NCBI GenBank assembly: GCA_964016885.1
Contig: OZ024744.1
Span: 86,552,001 to 86,616,000, forward strand
From: Eledone cirrhosa
Lineage: Eukaryota
Direction: 5' to 3'
DNA: 64,000 bases
Shown here: positions 45,834 through 59,696 of the stretch, in pieces
Layout: each line of letters starts with the position of its first letter
Numbering within the stretch: the stretch's first letter is position 1
Made by a program: the position numbers and the translations under genes
The notes under the pieces: generated by a model
The model's database searches: none
Seen by the model: the letters and a program-made list of their open reading frames with translations, nothing else
What the model was told of the DNA's origin: nothing

Positions 45834-46500
45834 CCGCTTGTTGCACGCTGCTGGTTTACATCCTTCTTTGATCGGGAAAATAAAATAACTGTCAAATACT
45901 GAGGTTATGAACTGATTGGCCGTCTTTTCCAACAGGCTTACGTGTTTCAATATAACCGGAACCAAGCCCAACTAACCTACGTTAGTTTGAACTGTGTTTT
46001 CTAGTTGTTCAGTAAACCGAAGAGTCAGATATTGAAATTAATATGTAACTAGCTGAACACTCCAAAGACACGTGTACACTTAATGCACACCTCAGGGAAA
46101 TTCAGTCTGGCATAGTATGTGGCAAGGCTGGCCCTTTCAATTACAGGTACGATTTATCTGTCGGGCTTCCAGACACTTTCAGTTTACCCAATTATACAAT
46201 CAAATCATCGCTTGACCCGACGCTATAGTAAATGATACTTGCTCCAGATGCAACGCAGTGGAGTCGAACCGGTGCCCTGTGATTGCAAGGTTAAATTCGT
46301 TAACCATTCGGTCATGCTGGGCTCCATGTAGATTTGAAGTAACACACGAGGTGGAATACATTACCACTCTCACATCAATATAATATTTTTGTAACAACTC
46401 GCGTTATTACCGAAACATACACACACAATCATATATATATACATTCACGCACCACACAACACTATTTATAGTAGACTGCCTCTATCATATTAATCTCTAT

Positions 46501-46537
<37 letters not shown>

Positions 46538-46538
<1 letters not shown>

Positions 46539-47473
46539 GGGCGACTGGCACATCGAATGTGCTCAGGCGCTCCATGTCCTCTGGCTAACGGACCCGGCGA
46601 TCAGTGGAGACTCCACTTCGACATTCTATAGAGGGTTGGTCCGCAGCAAGTGCGACGACATGCTCGGAGAAACTCTAGGCGTAGAGGAGGACGAACTGGC
46701 CAGTCTTTTCGGTAGGACCTTCCGCCCGGGACCGATAGACAACTTCCAAAAGTCCCTGGCCTGGCAGTGCTATCGAGGAGCTCTACCCGTTCGAGACAAG
46801 CTCTACAGACACGGGCGCCCGGGCAGGGACCCTTCGAAAAAGATCTGTCCGAGACGCGTACGCGACGAGGAAACCGTCGCTCACGCATTTGTACACCGCC
46901 CGGGTATCACCGACCAGTGGGGCTATGTAAAACGACTATTGTCGCGGGTGGGACCAATCCAGTTGACCACCGAGTCCATTGTCATGATCAAACCGCCACC
47001 CTCCTTCAAAAACGAGGGAGAGGCGGTTTTCCTTTGTGTTATGGCTATGGTGAAAGAGGTTATAAGGTGGACGAGATTAAAAGGGCTGAGGTTAGAAACC
47101 TTTCTCTGCGGCAAACAACTAATTCGTCTTTTCAAATACCACTTTGGAAGAAGAATCAGGATGGAGAGAGAGGTGCTGTACGCCAGCAAATTTTATAAAA
47201 GGTGGGTGATTGTGGCAAAGATGGCCCGAGTTGTTGGGCCTTCTCTCTATATAAACCTGTAGGTTGAGGAAAAAGAGGAAGGGAGTACTCACTCTGGAGA
47301 TGAGGGTTGTACATTTTATCAGGGTGTGTACAACCCCTGTGTAACGCCTCCCTCCTATTGGGGATTTCCATTGTTATTTGTTATTTTATAAATAGTTTTA
47401 TTTTCATATACCTCTGTAAACTCCCCATTTGTATTTGGCCCCTTCTTTTGTGCCCTTGTGGCTAATAAAGAAA
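46538..47473 (+). mobile_element. 5'-truncated copy of the same Tx1-like LINE family
   Basis: ORF 46636-47262 (FQKSLAWQCYRGALPVRDKL...PPPSFKNEGEAVF...GPSLYINL) matches 3620-4360. Same AATAAAGAAA end. Flanked on both sides by (TATC)n. Confidence 0.9.
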
Positions 47474-47984
47474 TTTATCTATCTATCTATCTATCTATCT
47501 GTCTATCTGTCTTCCTATCTATCTATCTATCTATCTATCTATATAAACATACACATACATTAACACAAACATGCATACATATGCACAACCACATACATAT
47601 ATGCGCTCACACAACACAACACATACACACACACACACACACACACATGTATATATATATATATATATATATATTATGCACACTCACAACACGCACACAC
47701 AAACCAGTCGTAGTACACTACTAACACAATCCCCTCCCGCACACACACATACACACACACAACATAGATGCATATATTAATACTACCAATTAATTACACA
47801 TACACATACTCTCATGTAACAACAACGAGAACAACAACAACAGCAGCGATTCACTTTCATATAGGAAATAAGACCTTCTTGAAATCTCACCTCTTTCTTC
47901 TACATTTGTTTATTCTAAAGAAATACTTTAAAATACACATGTACATACGAGGACAGACACAGCTTTATCAACATAAATACCTGC

Positions 47985-48054
<70 letters not shown>

Positions 48055-48285
48055 AGTATTTCCATAGAACATGTAGAGAAAAGAAGAGTGCTCTATGTAT
48101 TTTACAGAGCTATTTAATTTACATAACAAACAACACAATATAATTATTCTATTAGAAAAGGATTCAGGAAACTATACGATCCTAACAGAAACGTCCAGTT
48201 CCCTCATCAGATGATGTTTATTATGTAGTTAAATTAAAAAAAAAGAATATATATATATATATATATAAATATATATATATACATA

Positions 48286-48690
48286 CTAGCCGAATTACCC
48301 GCGCCTTGCTGCGTTTCACACAAAAAATACCGGCATTTACTAATATTTTTTGTTGTCATAATTCTAGTGATGTTTTGCCATAGATAAAATGTCTAAATTA
48401 GCCAAATTGTACTATAAAGCGAAGTGCTTTTTTTGTTCATTTACGTTTAATTAATAGAATAACTCCGTGATATGGGCTTCCAAAATTTTCACTATAGGTA
48501 GTTTAACGCCCATTAGGGTGTTAATATTATTGAATTTTGTGAATAAGCATCATATCTTGTCATTTACCTATGGTTTAAATTTCGTATAAATCGAAGGGAA
48601 AAGATTTTCAGCGGGGATTTGTGCCTCGGGGAACCCTTTTATTAAAACGAAATATATTTATCCAAGTACCCTGGGCAATGTAGTTTCAGA
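48286..48690 (-). mobile_element. Probable non-autonomous Helitron (3' end at 48286)
   Basis: Minus strand ends cgc-agcaag-gcg cgggtaattcggCTAG|T, the same architecture as 17870-17900. 5' end uncertain. Confidence 0.55.
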
Positions 48691-48729
48691 ATATATATGG
48701 TTAAAAAGTGGAAGATAGTGTTTCAGCAT

Positions 48730-48978
48730 ATATACGGAGAGCTCAATTTGCTGGCCACTGTCACCGTGCCACCAATGAAATCATATCTGCTCTCTTGCTC
48801 TGGAACCCTGAACCCTGACTCCAGCCTGACTAGGAGTAGGAAGCTGTCATTCCCTGACGTTATCTCTATGGATACGGGAATCAGTAGACGGGACCTGGGG
48901 GCAGCGATGGGGGACAGGGAATTCTGGGAGTGAGTTTCATCATCTCGACAGTAGTCGACGAATGATGATGATGATGAT
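48730..48978 (+). mobile_element. RTE-like LINE 3' end with (GAT)n tail
   Basis: ..LTRSRKLSFPDVISMDTGISRRDLGAAMGDREFW, then gatgatgat. Confidence 0.6.
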
Positions 48979-49097
48979 ATATACAAACAGCATCGAGTGC
49001 TTCGACGGCATGCCGCCTGTAACTGTGGTTACACACCTAACTAAATCACACATACACAGACATGTATATATATATATGTGTATATGTATATATATAT

Positions 49098-49378
49098 TCT
49101 AGGGCGGCGGGTAAAATTTCCGAGATCGATGGACGAGTTCTCTCCAGCGGTCTCTGTCCCTCATCATCGCTACTATGTCCTGCATCTCCAACAGACCAGT
49201 GTCTGTCCTTAGGGCATCAACATACGTTAACCTTGGTCTTCCACTTCCAGTGTGCTATGTAGGGGCTCCCGCAGGAGCACTGAGTGCAATGTCAGCTCTG
49301 GATGTCGGTGAGCATGTCCAGCTAACCTCAGTCTCCTCTGTGTCAATTTTGAGCTGACTTTTGGGAGCCATCCTCAGC
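49098..49378 (-). mobile_element. RTE-like LINE 3' end
   Basis: [43 protein letters not shown]. Confidence 0.7.
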
Positions 49379-49443
<65 letters not shown>

Positions 49444-49762
49444 CATATATACATATATACATACATATATATAGACTGTCATATATACATATATATATAC
49501 TGTCAGTTTTAGAAACTAAATGAGATTAAACAAAATGAAAATTGCGCGTATATATATATATATATATACATAGATATATACGCGCAATTTTCATTTTGTT
49601 TGATCTCATTTAGTTTCTAAAACCGACAGTTGTTAAGTCTAATAAATGAAATTGTTAAAAACACCGTATCATGTGGAATTTGAAGATATTCGATTTCAGA
49701 GAAAAGGTAACTAAATTGAAAAGATTCCTCTATTTACATATTGCTAGAGTCCCTTCCCCCTC

Positions 49763-49874
<112 letters not shown>

Positions 49875-50428
49875 ACGCCTTCTTCCTCATATCTACAATT
49901 AAACATTGAAAGTTTTATTTTTCTATGCCCTCACATATTCATATCCAACCACAATACTATCATATTTTATCCACAAAATGTCTATTAAACCCTGAGGCAA
50001 CTTATACAAATAGTTGCAAAATTCGATTAAGAAAACTATGTTTTTTTAATCTTAACTGATATGAAGTACAAACATTATGTTACACCTACAGAATAGAGGT
50101 GGCATAAGCAGCAAGAAGATAACTTTTTTAGAAAATTGCAGAGCAAAATATCGTCAGCGGTGTTAAGCCTAACTGAACAGATAGTGTTGCTAAGGATAAC
50201 CTGTGAAAGAAATGCTTCATATTTTCTCACATTCTTTGAGAAATACTTTCGAAATTTTAGTTCTCAGAAGCTGTAATGTATTTCTCAAAGTATTTGATAA
50301 ATTAGCTCCTCTAAAATTGATAACAATGAACATGGCTAGTTAAACATTAACTAAACATCTTTTCATCATAGGGTGTTGGACAGATATAGATATATAACAA
50401 GTACATGATAAAATGACAAGTTAGTCAA

Positions 50429-50745
50429 TCATATTGATGGCCTCCCCACAGCCCCGGCGGACATAATGGAGAAGGCATTTCCCTGGAGGAGGGCAAGGTA
50501 GATTCGCTGGAAGTGCCATTCCAACTCGCGAAGCTCACACCTGCGGCTGGCGAGCTCAGCGCCTATGGTGGTGGTGAGCAGAGAGGTAGCCCTAGGGTCG
50601 AGGACACCAGAATTCTCCACTGCCAAGGGTACAACCGCAAACCTGTCGGAGAGCGACCGGTATTTAGAAAGGTTGGCCTCCTCAGCACAACGTGCAACAG
50701 AAACCGGGTTACTCGAAGACTGCAGCCGGTTGCGGCTGGAGTATA
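50429..50745 (-). mobile_element. CRE-like LINE C-terminal REL-endonuclease fragment
   Basis: ARCAEEANLSKYRSLSDRFAVVPLAVENSG..RELEWHFQRIYLALLQGNAFSI matches the K..KY/PxAVExxG/FQRxSxAxxRGNA signature of CRE-type elements. Confidence 0.75.
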
Positions 50746-50790
50746 GATATCTTTGGGATGATTAATCCTCATACATACACATACACATGA

Positions 50791-50860
<70 letters not shown>

Positions 50861-50998
50861 GGAACACGCAAATACATGACCAAACTTCTAGTCTTATAAT
50901 TATGGTAAAACACATATAACCTACACTAATGTTAATAAAGTAGAAAAGTACAAAATCCCAAACAAAAATTGAAAAAAAAAAAAATCCACACACACTAC

Positions 50999-51091
50999 AC
51001 GTATCTGAGGAACTTGCGAATCCAGAGTGACCTTCGATCGACAAACAGATCGCACCTCGAGCTGTTCGCCAGAGAAACAATTGTAGTACGT
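50999..51091 (+). ncRNA. Hammerhead candidate with extended stem II (family HH-4)
   Basis: acgtat CTGAGGA a cttgcgaa..ttcgccag a GAAA caattg TA gtacgt. 6-bp stem I, palindromic ACAATTGT, GUA triplet. Confidence 0.7.
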
Positions 51092-51711
51092 AATAAATTG
51101 TGTTCCGATGCATCACAGATTCTTCGTTTCCATATTATTATACTCTGCTCCGTCCGAAGGAGCTTAGAGTGCTCAACCGGCATACCTTTTATGGACGCAT
51201 CCACGCAACCTTACTACAAATATATATATATATATAATATATATAAAATTAGGATTGGTGCTCTGAAATAGCGATGTATACATGAATGTATGTATAGTAT
51301 ATTTGGCAAAATACTGTATGTTTAATTAAAAACATTTTGAAGACCATGCGCTATCATTTTAAAGTAGTGACATGTCACTTACATAATTTTCAGCAAAGAA
51401 AGGGAGATAAGATGACAGATCTGCTTCACACTGTTGGTGTTCATCAGAGAGCCTAGCACTCGCCGGCCTTTGCCGAAAATTATAGAGGTTGGATTCTTAT
51501 AGAATTCCAGTAATAATCAGAAACTGATTATACAGAGCGATTGACGGTCCAGCAAAAATTGAAAATTAGGATTGGTGCTCTGAAATACCGATATATACAT
51601 GAATGTATGTATAGTATATTTGGCAATATACTGTATGCTTAATTAAAAACATTTTGAAGATGTGGTCCCTTAAGATTTGAACACATATATGTATATATCT
51701 GTGTTTATCTC

Positions 51712-51758
<47 letters not shown>

Positions 51759-51783
51759 TGTGATAAACAACATAAGGCAATTA

Positions 51784-51843
51784 TTCCATTTACCAGTGGT
51801 TTCTTAAAAGCAAAAGATTTTGCTTTCAATCCTCAGAATGAAA
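51784..51843 (-). ncRNA. Hammerhead candidate (family HH-5), intact
   Basis: tttcatt CTGAGGA ttgaaagcaaaa-tc-ttttgcttttaa GAAA ccactgg TA aatggaa. 7-bp stem I, long stem II, GUA triplet. Confidence 0.8.
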
Positions 51844-51983
51844 AAATCCTGGTCTGTTTATTGAATTTGGATTTTTAAAACATAAATGCAATCTATATGA
51901 AAGTGAGGCTGGAGAAGGAAGAAGGAAAGGAAAAATAAAATAAAACGACACTTGCAAACACACACACAAAAACACAAAAGCAT

Positions 51984-52048
<65 letters not shown>

Positions 52049-52733
52049 ACTATATTATATTTTGAGAATAAACTCTCAGTCGTTTACAATAAATCAGCTC
52101 CAAGAAAGGGGCATTTCCGAGCAGTTAAATACATTAATATATATGATAAACACAAAATGTGTTTGCATTGCAACAGACAAAGTTACCTATTAATGAAATA
52201 AACTAATTAAAGTGAATACAATTTGTCTGTCTCGATATAAGTCAATAAAGACAAGCTTATATTGGCAAAGGCCGTGATTCCTGGACAAATCTAAATTTCA
52301 AAATCCAAACCCGCTCCGTAGATGAATTTGAACCTCGAAACCTAAATATGTTTCGCAACGATGGTACATGAATTGAAAAATAAAGAGAATCGAAATGGAA
52401 TTGAAATAAAAAGTGAAATATCCACATACATAAACATACATACATACATGCACACAATCATACATATATACACACGTACATACATACACATACATAAATG
52501 CACTCCTCTACATATTCACACACGCAAATAAATATAAGAAAAAATATAAATATATATATATATATATATAAATATAAACAAATGCACGTATACATACGTA
52601 CGAAATAGTAAATACATACACACACTCTCGCACATAAATATACATATACAAATACATAAACACATACATACACATACATGCACAAACACGCACACGTATA
52701 CAATTATACACACACATATGTATATGTAATTAT

Positions 52734-52764
<31 letters not shown>

Positions 52765-52900
52765 CATAAATATAAACATACACACACACACATATATGTA
52801 TACATACACACATACATATACATACATAGCTATACAGTTATACACATACAAATACGTACATATCATAAACACGCACAACCAAATACAAACACACACACAC

Positions 52901-52953
<53 letters not shown>

Positions 52954-53068
52954 TACACATATACATGTGTGTGTGTGTAAAACTCAGTCTTAGATAATTC
53001 ATATGAACCTTACATATACATATATATAGTAGTAAAGTAATAAAGTAATAAGCAACATAAGGCAATTA

Positions 53069-53128
53069 TTCCATTCACCAGTGGTTTCTTAAAAGCAAAA
53101 AATTTTTCCTTCAATCTTCAGAATGAAA
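53069..53128 (-). ncRNA. HH-5 copy with GUG triplet (probably inactive)
   Basis: Same scaffold; the cleavage-site base is G. Confidence 0.6.
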
Positions 53129-53200
53129 AAAACCTGGTCTATCTACATATACATACATATACACACACAAATATATATATATATACATATATATACACAC

Positions 53201-53285
<85 letters not shown>

Positions 53286-53746
53286 AATATACATACACAT
53301 ACACATAGGTATGTGAAGGGCAAGGCAAAAAGAATATATTGGGGGGGGGGGGCATAGGAAGGGGTGAAATATAAGAGTAGGTAAGGGAGAAAAAAAATAA
53401 ATATACAAGAGTACAGAACGTAGATTCAGCAAAAAAAAAACCGTAGCAGAAGTAAAGAGCAGGAAAGGAGTTCAAGGCGGTTGATTTATCATAGGAGTGT
53501 CAATCCAGTTACAGATCAGATGCGATTTCAGATCAGATGCGATTTTAGATGAGGACAGCATCTGAAGATCTCAGTCTTTGAGTTAAGGTAAGCGGAAGTG
53601 GCTCTCAAGTTTAGCAAAATGCTATACTTTTCTGTGGTACACAAAGAACAATTCTTTGTGCCCCCTTTGGTACTCCCTCGAATGGTCTAATATAGACCAA
53701 TCAATAGAGTACGGGATGTTACCATCCTTGAGTTCCCACACCTTAC

Positions 53747-54304
53747 TTGCGAGGGCCGTTGATCAGCTACTCTTGTTGCCCGTCTATGAAGTCCAAAATC
53801 ACCAGTTCAAACCATACGAGAATAAATCCAGGATGCAGTTGGAGGAGGCCGGATGAAAGCCCATTGCAGGGTAAATGTAACACCAAATCTGTTGTTTATG
53901 AGGCTAAGACAACACCGGTAATCAAAAACCAGCCAGCCAGGAGTGAGCGATATGTCGGTATGACCCAGGAGAGGTTTAAAACCAGATTTTACTCACATGT
54001 CGCTTCTTTTAAGCACTCCGATAAACGAACATCAACGGCCCTCGCAAGTAAGGTATGGGAACTCAAGGATGGTAACATCCCGTACTCTATTGATTGGTCT
54101 ATATTAGACCATTCGAGGGAGTACCAAAGGGGCACAAAGAATTGTTCTTTGTGTACCACAGAAAAGTATAGGATTTTGCTAAACTTGAGAGCCACTTCCG
54201 CTTGCCTTAACTCAAAGACTGAGATCTTCAGATGCTGTCCTCATCTGAAATCGCATCTGATCTGTAACTGGATTGACACTCCTATGATAAATCAACCGCC
54301 TTGA
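53747..54304 (+). mobile_element. PLE GIY-YIG endonuclease fragment (5'-truncated)
   Basis: PLQGKCNTKSVVYEAK..YVGMTQERFKTRFYSH..STALASKVWELK..WSIL..CSLCTTEK..LNSKTEIFRCCPH. Confidence 0.88.
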
Positions 54305-54591
54305 ACTCCTTTCCTGCTCTTTACTTCTGCTACGGTTTTTTTTGCTGAATCAACGTTCTGTACTCTTGTATATTTAATTTTTTTCTCCCTTACCTCCCCT
54401 TATATTTCACCCCTTCCTATGCCCCCCCCCCATATATTCTTTTTGCCTTGCCCTTCACATACCTATGTGTATGTGTATGTATATTTGTGTGTATATATAT
54501 ATATATATGTATGTATATATGTGTGTATATATATGTATATATATATATATTTGTGTGTGTATATGTATGTATATGTAGATAGACCGGTTTT

Positions 54592-54651
54592 TTTCATTCT
54601 GAAGATTGAAGGAAAAATTTTTTGTTTTTAAGAAACCACTGGTGAATGGAA
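54592..54651 (+). ncRNA. HH-5 copy with GUG triplet
   Basis: Mirror of 53069-53128. Confidence 0.6.
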
Positions 54652-54782
54652 TAATTGCCTTATGTTGCTTATTACTTTATTACTTTACTACTATATATAT
54701 GTATATGTAAGGTTCATATGAATTATCTAAGACTGAGTTTTACACACACACACACATGTATATGTGTATGTGTGTGTGTGTG

Positions 54783-54841
<59 letters not shown>

Positions 54842-55273
54842 GTATGTGTGTGTGTGTGTGTGTTTGTATTTGGTTGTGCGTGTTTATGATATGTACGTAT
54901 TTGTATGTGTATAACTGTATAGCTATGTTTATGTATGTGTGTATGGCTATGTTTGTGTATGTGTATGCTTGTACACATATATATATATATGTATATGTGT
55001 GTATATATATATGTATGTATATGTGTGTATGTATATGTATTTATATTTATGTTTCTATGTGTATGTATATGTGTATATATGTGTGTGTGGTTGTATATAT
55101 GTATTTGTATGTATGGATGTGTTGATATTTATGTGCGTATGTATATATGTGTTTGTGTGTATTTATATACACATATATGTGTATATATATGTGTGCGTGT
55201 GTGTATGTATGAGTGTATGTATGTGTATATATATATATATATGTGTATGTATATGTATGTATAAATATGTATA

Positions 55274-55359
<86 letters not shown>

Positions 55360-55626
55360 AAGTTTTATTTAAATTGTTGGGTTACAACGAGTAAATATTT
55401 ATAACTGATATAAAAGCACTCAACAAGTATTTGGAGTATATTTACGATATTAAATAAATGGAAACTATATTTATATAACCATATTTATTTCATTATATAT
55501 ATTTCAGGGATATCATATTAAAAATATGGTATGCCTTCTTCAGACAAAATACAATATAAACAGTCTTATAAATAGATAGATTTGACATACCTTACAACTT
55601 CAACTTCCATTTAAAAAGTTGATTTG

Positions 55627-55692
55627 TATTTTGTCTGAAGAAGGCATACCATATTTTTAATATGATATCCCTGAAATATATATAATGAAATA
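55627..55692 (+). ncRNA. HH-2 hammerhead candidate; mirror copy at 55486-55551(-)
   Basis: tattttgt CTGAAGA aggcataccatatt-ttt-aatatgatatccct GAAA tatata TA atgaaata. Confidence 0.65.
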
Positions 55693-55732
55693 AATATGGT
55701 TTTATAAATATAGTTTCCATTTATTTAATATC

Positions 55733-55787
<55 letters not shown>

Positions 55788-55943
55788 TGTGTGTGTGTAT
55801 GTATGCTTTTGTGTTTTTGTGTGTGTGTTTGCATGTGTAGTTTTATTTTATTTTTCCTTTCCTTCTTCCTTCTCCAGCCACACTTTCATATAGATTGCAT
55901 TTTTGTTTTTAAAATCCAAATTCAATAAACAGACCAGGATTTT

Positions 55944-56003
55944 TTTCATCCTGAGGATTGAAAGCAAAATCTTTTGCTTTTAAGAAACCACTGGTAAATG
56001 GAA
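55944..56003 (+). ncRNA. HH-5 hammerhead candidate (GUA)
   Basis: Mirror of 51784-51843 with one stem I change. Confidence 0.7.
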
Positions 56004-56742
56004 TAATTGCCTTATGTTGTTTCTTACATAACTATTAAGCTCTGTTACCTACATAGAGCACTCTTTTTTCCTGGACTTTTCCGACGGAATTACTTCATTC
56101 ATACATATTCAGACATATATATATATATATATTATCTCCTTTATATATATATTATATATTATGGAATACTGTTGGCTTCTTTGCTCACAATAATTTCGTC
56201 TCACTTTCTTTCGTCCCCTCTGTCATGTCAGTTAACACCTTCTCTCTACTGACCTCTTCCTCGCACTTCCACTCACTCACTCTCTGTTTCTCCCCTTCTT
56301 ACCTCCCCCCGTTCGCTACGAACCCGATTTTCCTTCTTTCTAACATCGGATTCACTAACGAAAGGTCTATTTCATATTCACACAGCTTAAGCTGACAGAA
56401 TAACCATGTTGCTTGTGTTTCTTTCCATATTCGGTTAGCTTTCCCCTGTGTTGTTTATTTGTCTCACTCGCTTTACGCGTTTCAATTGTCCTAATAACTT
56501 ATTTTAGTTATTGTCACACCAACGTGGGGTATATGATTTTTAATGCGATGAAATACCAATGATCGTTGGCAAATCACTGATGAGGGACTCATTTTATAAC
56601 ATATAATCCATGTGCAACCATGCAGTATTCTTCACCCCATATTTTTCATATATATATATATATATTATCTCCTTATATATATATATATTATATTATGGAA
56701 TACTGTTGGCTTCTTTGCTCACAATCATTTCTATACTTTTTC

Positions 56743-56828
<86 letters not shown>

Positions 56829-56949
56829 TTAATGGACAGACAATAGAAGGTGAAATTGCAAAATGTCGAGGTAGGTGTTGGGTCTGTTCACTGAGCATGC
56901 AACACAGATCTGAAATAGTAATGTTTTAACATACGGATGAAGCTAGAGA

Positions 56950-57030
56950 GGATTATGATGTTGATGATGATGATGATGATGATGATAATGATGATGATGA
57001 TGATGATGGTGAGGATGATGATGATGATGG

Positions 57031-57068
<38 letters not shown>

Positions 57069-57842
57069 GTGATGACGACAGCGGTGGTGATAATGGTGAT
57101 GATGATGTTGATGATGATGATGATGATGTTGATGATGATGATTATGATGATGATGTTGATGACGATAGCGGTGGTGATAATGGTGATGATGATGATTATG
57201 GTGATGATGATGATGATGATGATGATGATTATGGTGAAAATGATGGTGATGGAGGAGATAGTGGTGTTGATAATGAGGATGAGGGTGGTAATGATGATGA
57301 TGATGATGATGATGATAACGATGACAATGATGGTGATGATGATGATAACTATGATGTTAATGATGATGATGATGATGATGATGATCATGATCATGATCAT
57401 GATGAACATGGTCATGGTGATGATGGTGATGGTGATGACGATGGCGATGATGATGATGGAGATGGTGATGGAGATGGTGATGGTGATGGTCATGATAATC
57501 ATGATGATGATGATCGTAATGATGGTGATGATGGTGATGGTAGTTGTGGTGGCGGTGGTGGTGATTGTGGTGGTGGTGGTGGCAGTGCTGGTGGTGGTGG
57601 TGGTAACGATGATGATGATGATGATGATGATGATGATAATGATAAGGATGATGCTAATCATGATGATGATGATAATGATGAAGATGATGATAATGGAGGT
57701 GATGGTGGTGGTGATAATGATGATGATGATGGTAATGGTATTGAGGGTGGGGATGGTAACAATAATAATGATAACGATGATGATGATGATGATAATAATG
57801 ATGGTGATGATGATGATAACGATGATGATGGTGATGATGATG

Positions 57843-57874
<32 letters not shown>

Positions 57875-57887
57875 GATGATGATGATT

Positions 57888-57928
<41 letters not shown>

Positions 57929-58449
57929 AACAACGATGATGATAATAATAACTGTTTCTACTTTTGGCACAGGGCCAGAAAATTCCCCAGTGTATTACTG
58001 GTACTTTATTTCATCGACCCCCGTAAGGATGAAAGGCAAACTTAACCTCGGTGGGATTTGAACTCAGATCGTAAAGGGACATAACTATGCTGGAAAGCAT
58101 GGCGTCCGACCCTCTACCGATACTGCCAATTATGATGATAACGATGATGATGATGATGATGATGAAGATAATAATTGTTTCTACGGTAGACACAAGGCCA
58201 GCAAATAATCCAGTACATTACTGGTACTTTATCTTATCGACCCCGTAAGGTTGAACGGCAAAGTTAACCTCGGCGGGATTTGAACTGACTGTAAAGGGCC
58301 GTAACTCTATGCTGCAAAGCATGGCGTCAGATCCTCTACCGATACTGGCAATCCACCGCCCTAATAATTGTTTCTACTTTTTTGGCACAAGGCCAGCAAT
58401 TAGCCAGTGTATTACTGGTAATAATAATGATGATAATTATGATGATAAC

Positions 58450-58503
<54 letters not shown>

Positions 58504-58904
58504 GATAATAATTGTTTCTACTTTAGGCACAAGGCCAGCAATTACACCAGTGTATTACTGGTACTTTATTTTATCGACCCCCGTAAGGATGAAAGGCAAA
58601 GTTAACCTCGGCGGGATTTGAACTCAGAATGGCAAGATTGATAATTATGAAGATATGGACATTGTGGGAGATATTAACGGTGGTAAAGATGATGATGTAT
58701 GTGGTGAAGATGATGGAGATGGTGATGGTGATGGTGGTGGTGACGGTGATGGTGATGGTGATGGTGATGAAGATTGGTGATTGATGGCGGAGTTGGGATA
58801 AACGACTATGATTTCATTGATTCAGCTGATGATTATAGTAACACTGCAGCTTATATTGTTACTACTATTGCTACTGCTGATGGTGGCGGTGGTGATGATG
58901 GTGA

Positions 58905-58938
<34 letters not shown>

Positions 58939-59006
58939 GATGATGATGATGGTGATGATGATACTGATGATGATGATGGTGATGACATTGGTGATGATGG
59001 TGGCGG

Positions 59007-59068
<62 letters not shown>

Positions 59069-59120
59069 GTGGTGATAATGATGATGGTAACGGTGATGAC
59101 ATTGGTGATGATGGTTGTGG

Positions 59121-59172
<52 letters not shown>

Positions 59173-59664
59173 GGTGGTGATCATCGTTATCATCATCATC
59201 ATTATCCTAATCAATAGCAGCAGGTAAAACATTCTCAAGATATATACATCAACATAATCATCATCACCACCACCATCACCGTCATCATCATCACCATCAT
59301 CATCGTCATCATCACCATAACCACTACCACCATCATCAATATAAGCAGCAGCAGCAGCACCACCTCCACCAAAACCATCACCAATTTTATTATCATCATC
59401 ATCATCATCACCACCACCACCACCACAACCATCATCATCATCATCATCAACAGCAGCAGCAGCAGCAGGACCACCACCACCACCATCACCACCACCACCA
59501 CAATCATCATCATCATCATCAACAGCAGCAGCAGCAGCAGCAGCACCACCACCACCACCACCATCACCACCACCGCCACCACAACCATCATCATCATCAT
59601 CATCATCATCATCACCACAACCATCATCACCAATGTCATCACCGTCACCATCATCATCATCACC

Positions 59665-59696
<32 letters not shown>

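Larger units (their letters stand above)
51765..56032. repeat. ~2-kb-arm inverted repeat centred on the PLE EN fragment
   Basis: 53470-53760 mirrors 54035-54305. 52780-53470 mirrors 54305-54930. 51765-52015 mirrors 55785-56032. Each arm carries a different later insertion. Confidence 0.9.

Noticed and set aside
47891-47914. 24-nt micro-exon candidate on the minus strand
   Set aside because: Splice sites look good, but it is too short to support without transcripts.
50088-50201. Minus-strand exon candidate after acceptor tttctttcacag
   Set aside because: Two frames are equally plausible, the donor is weak and there is no reliable partner exon.
51383-51493. Minus-strand exon candidate (..YLPFFAENY|gtaagt)
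   Set aside because: Weak acceptor, lies between direct repeats and overlaps a hammerhead-like motif, so it is more likely repeat-derived.
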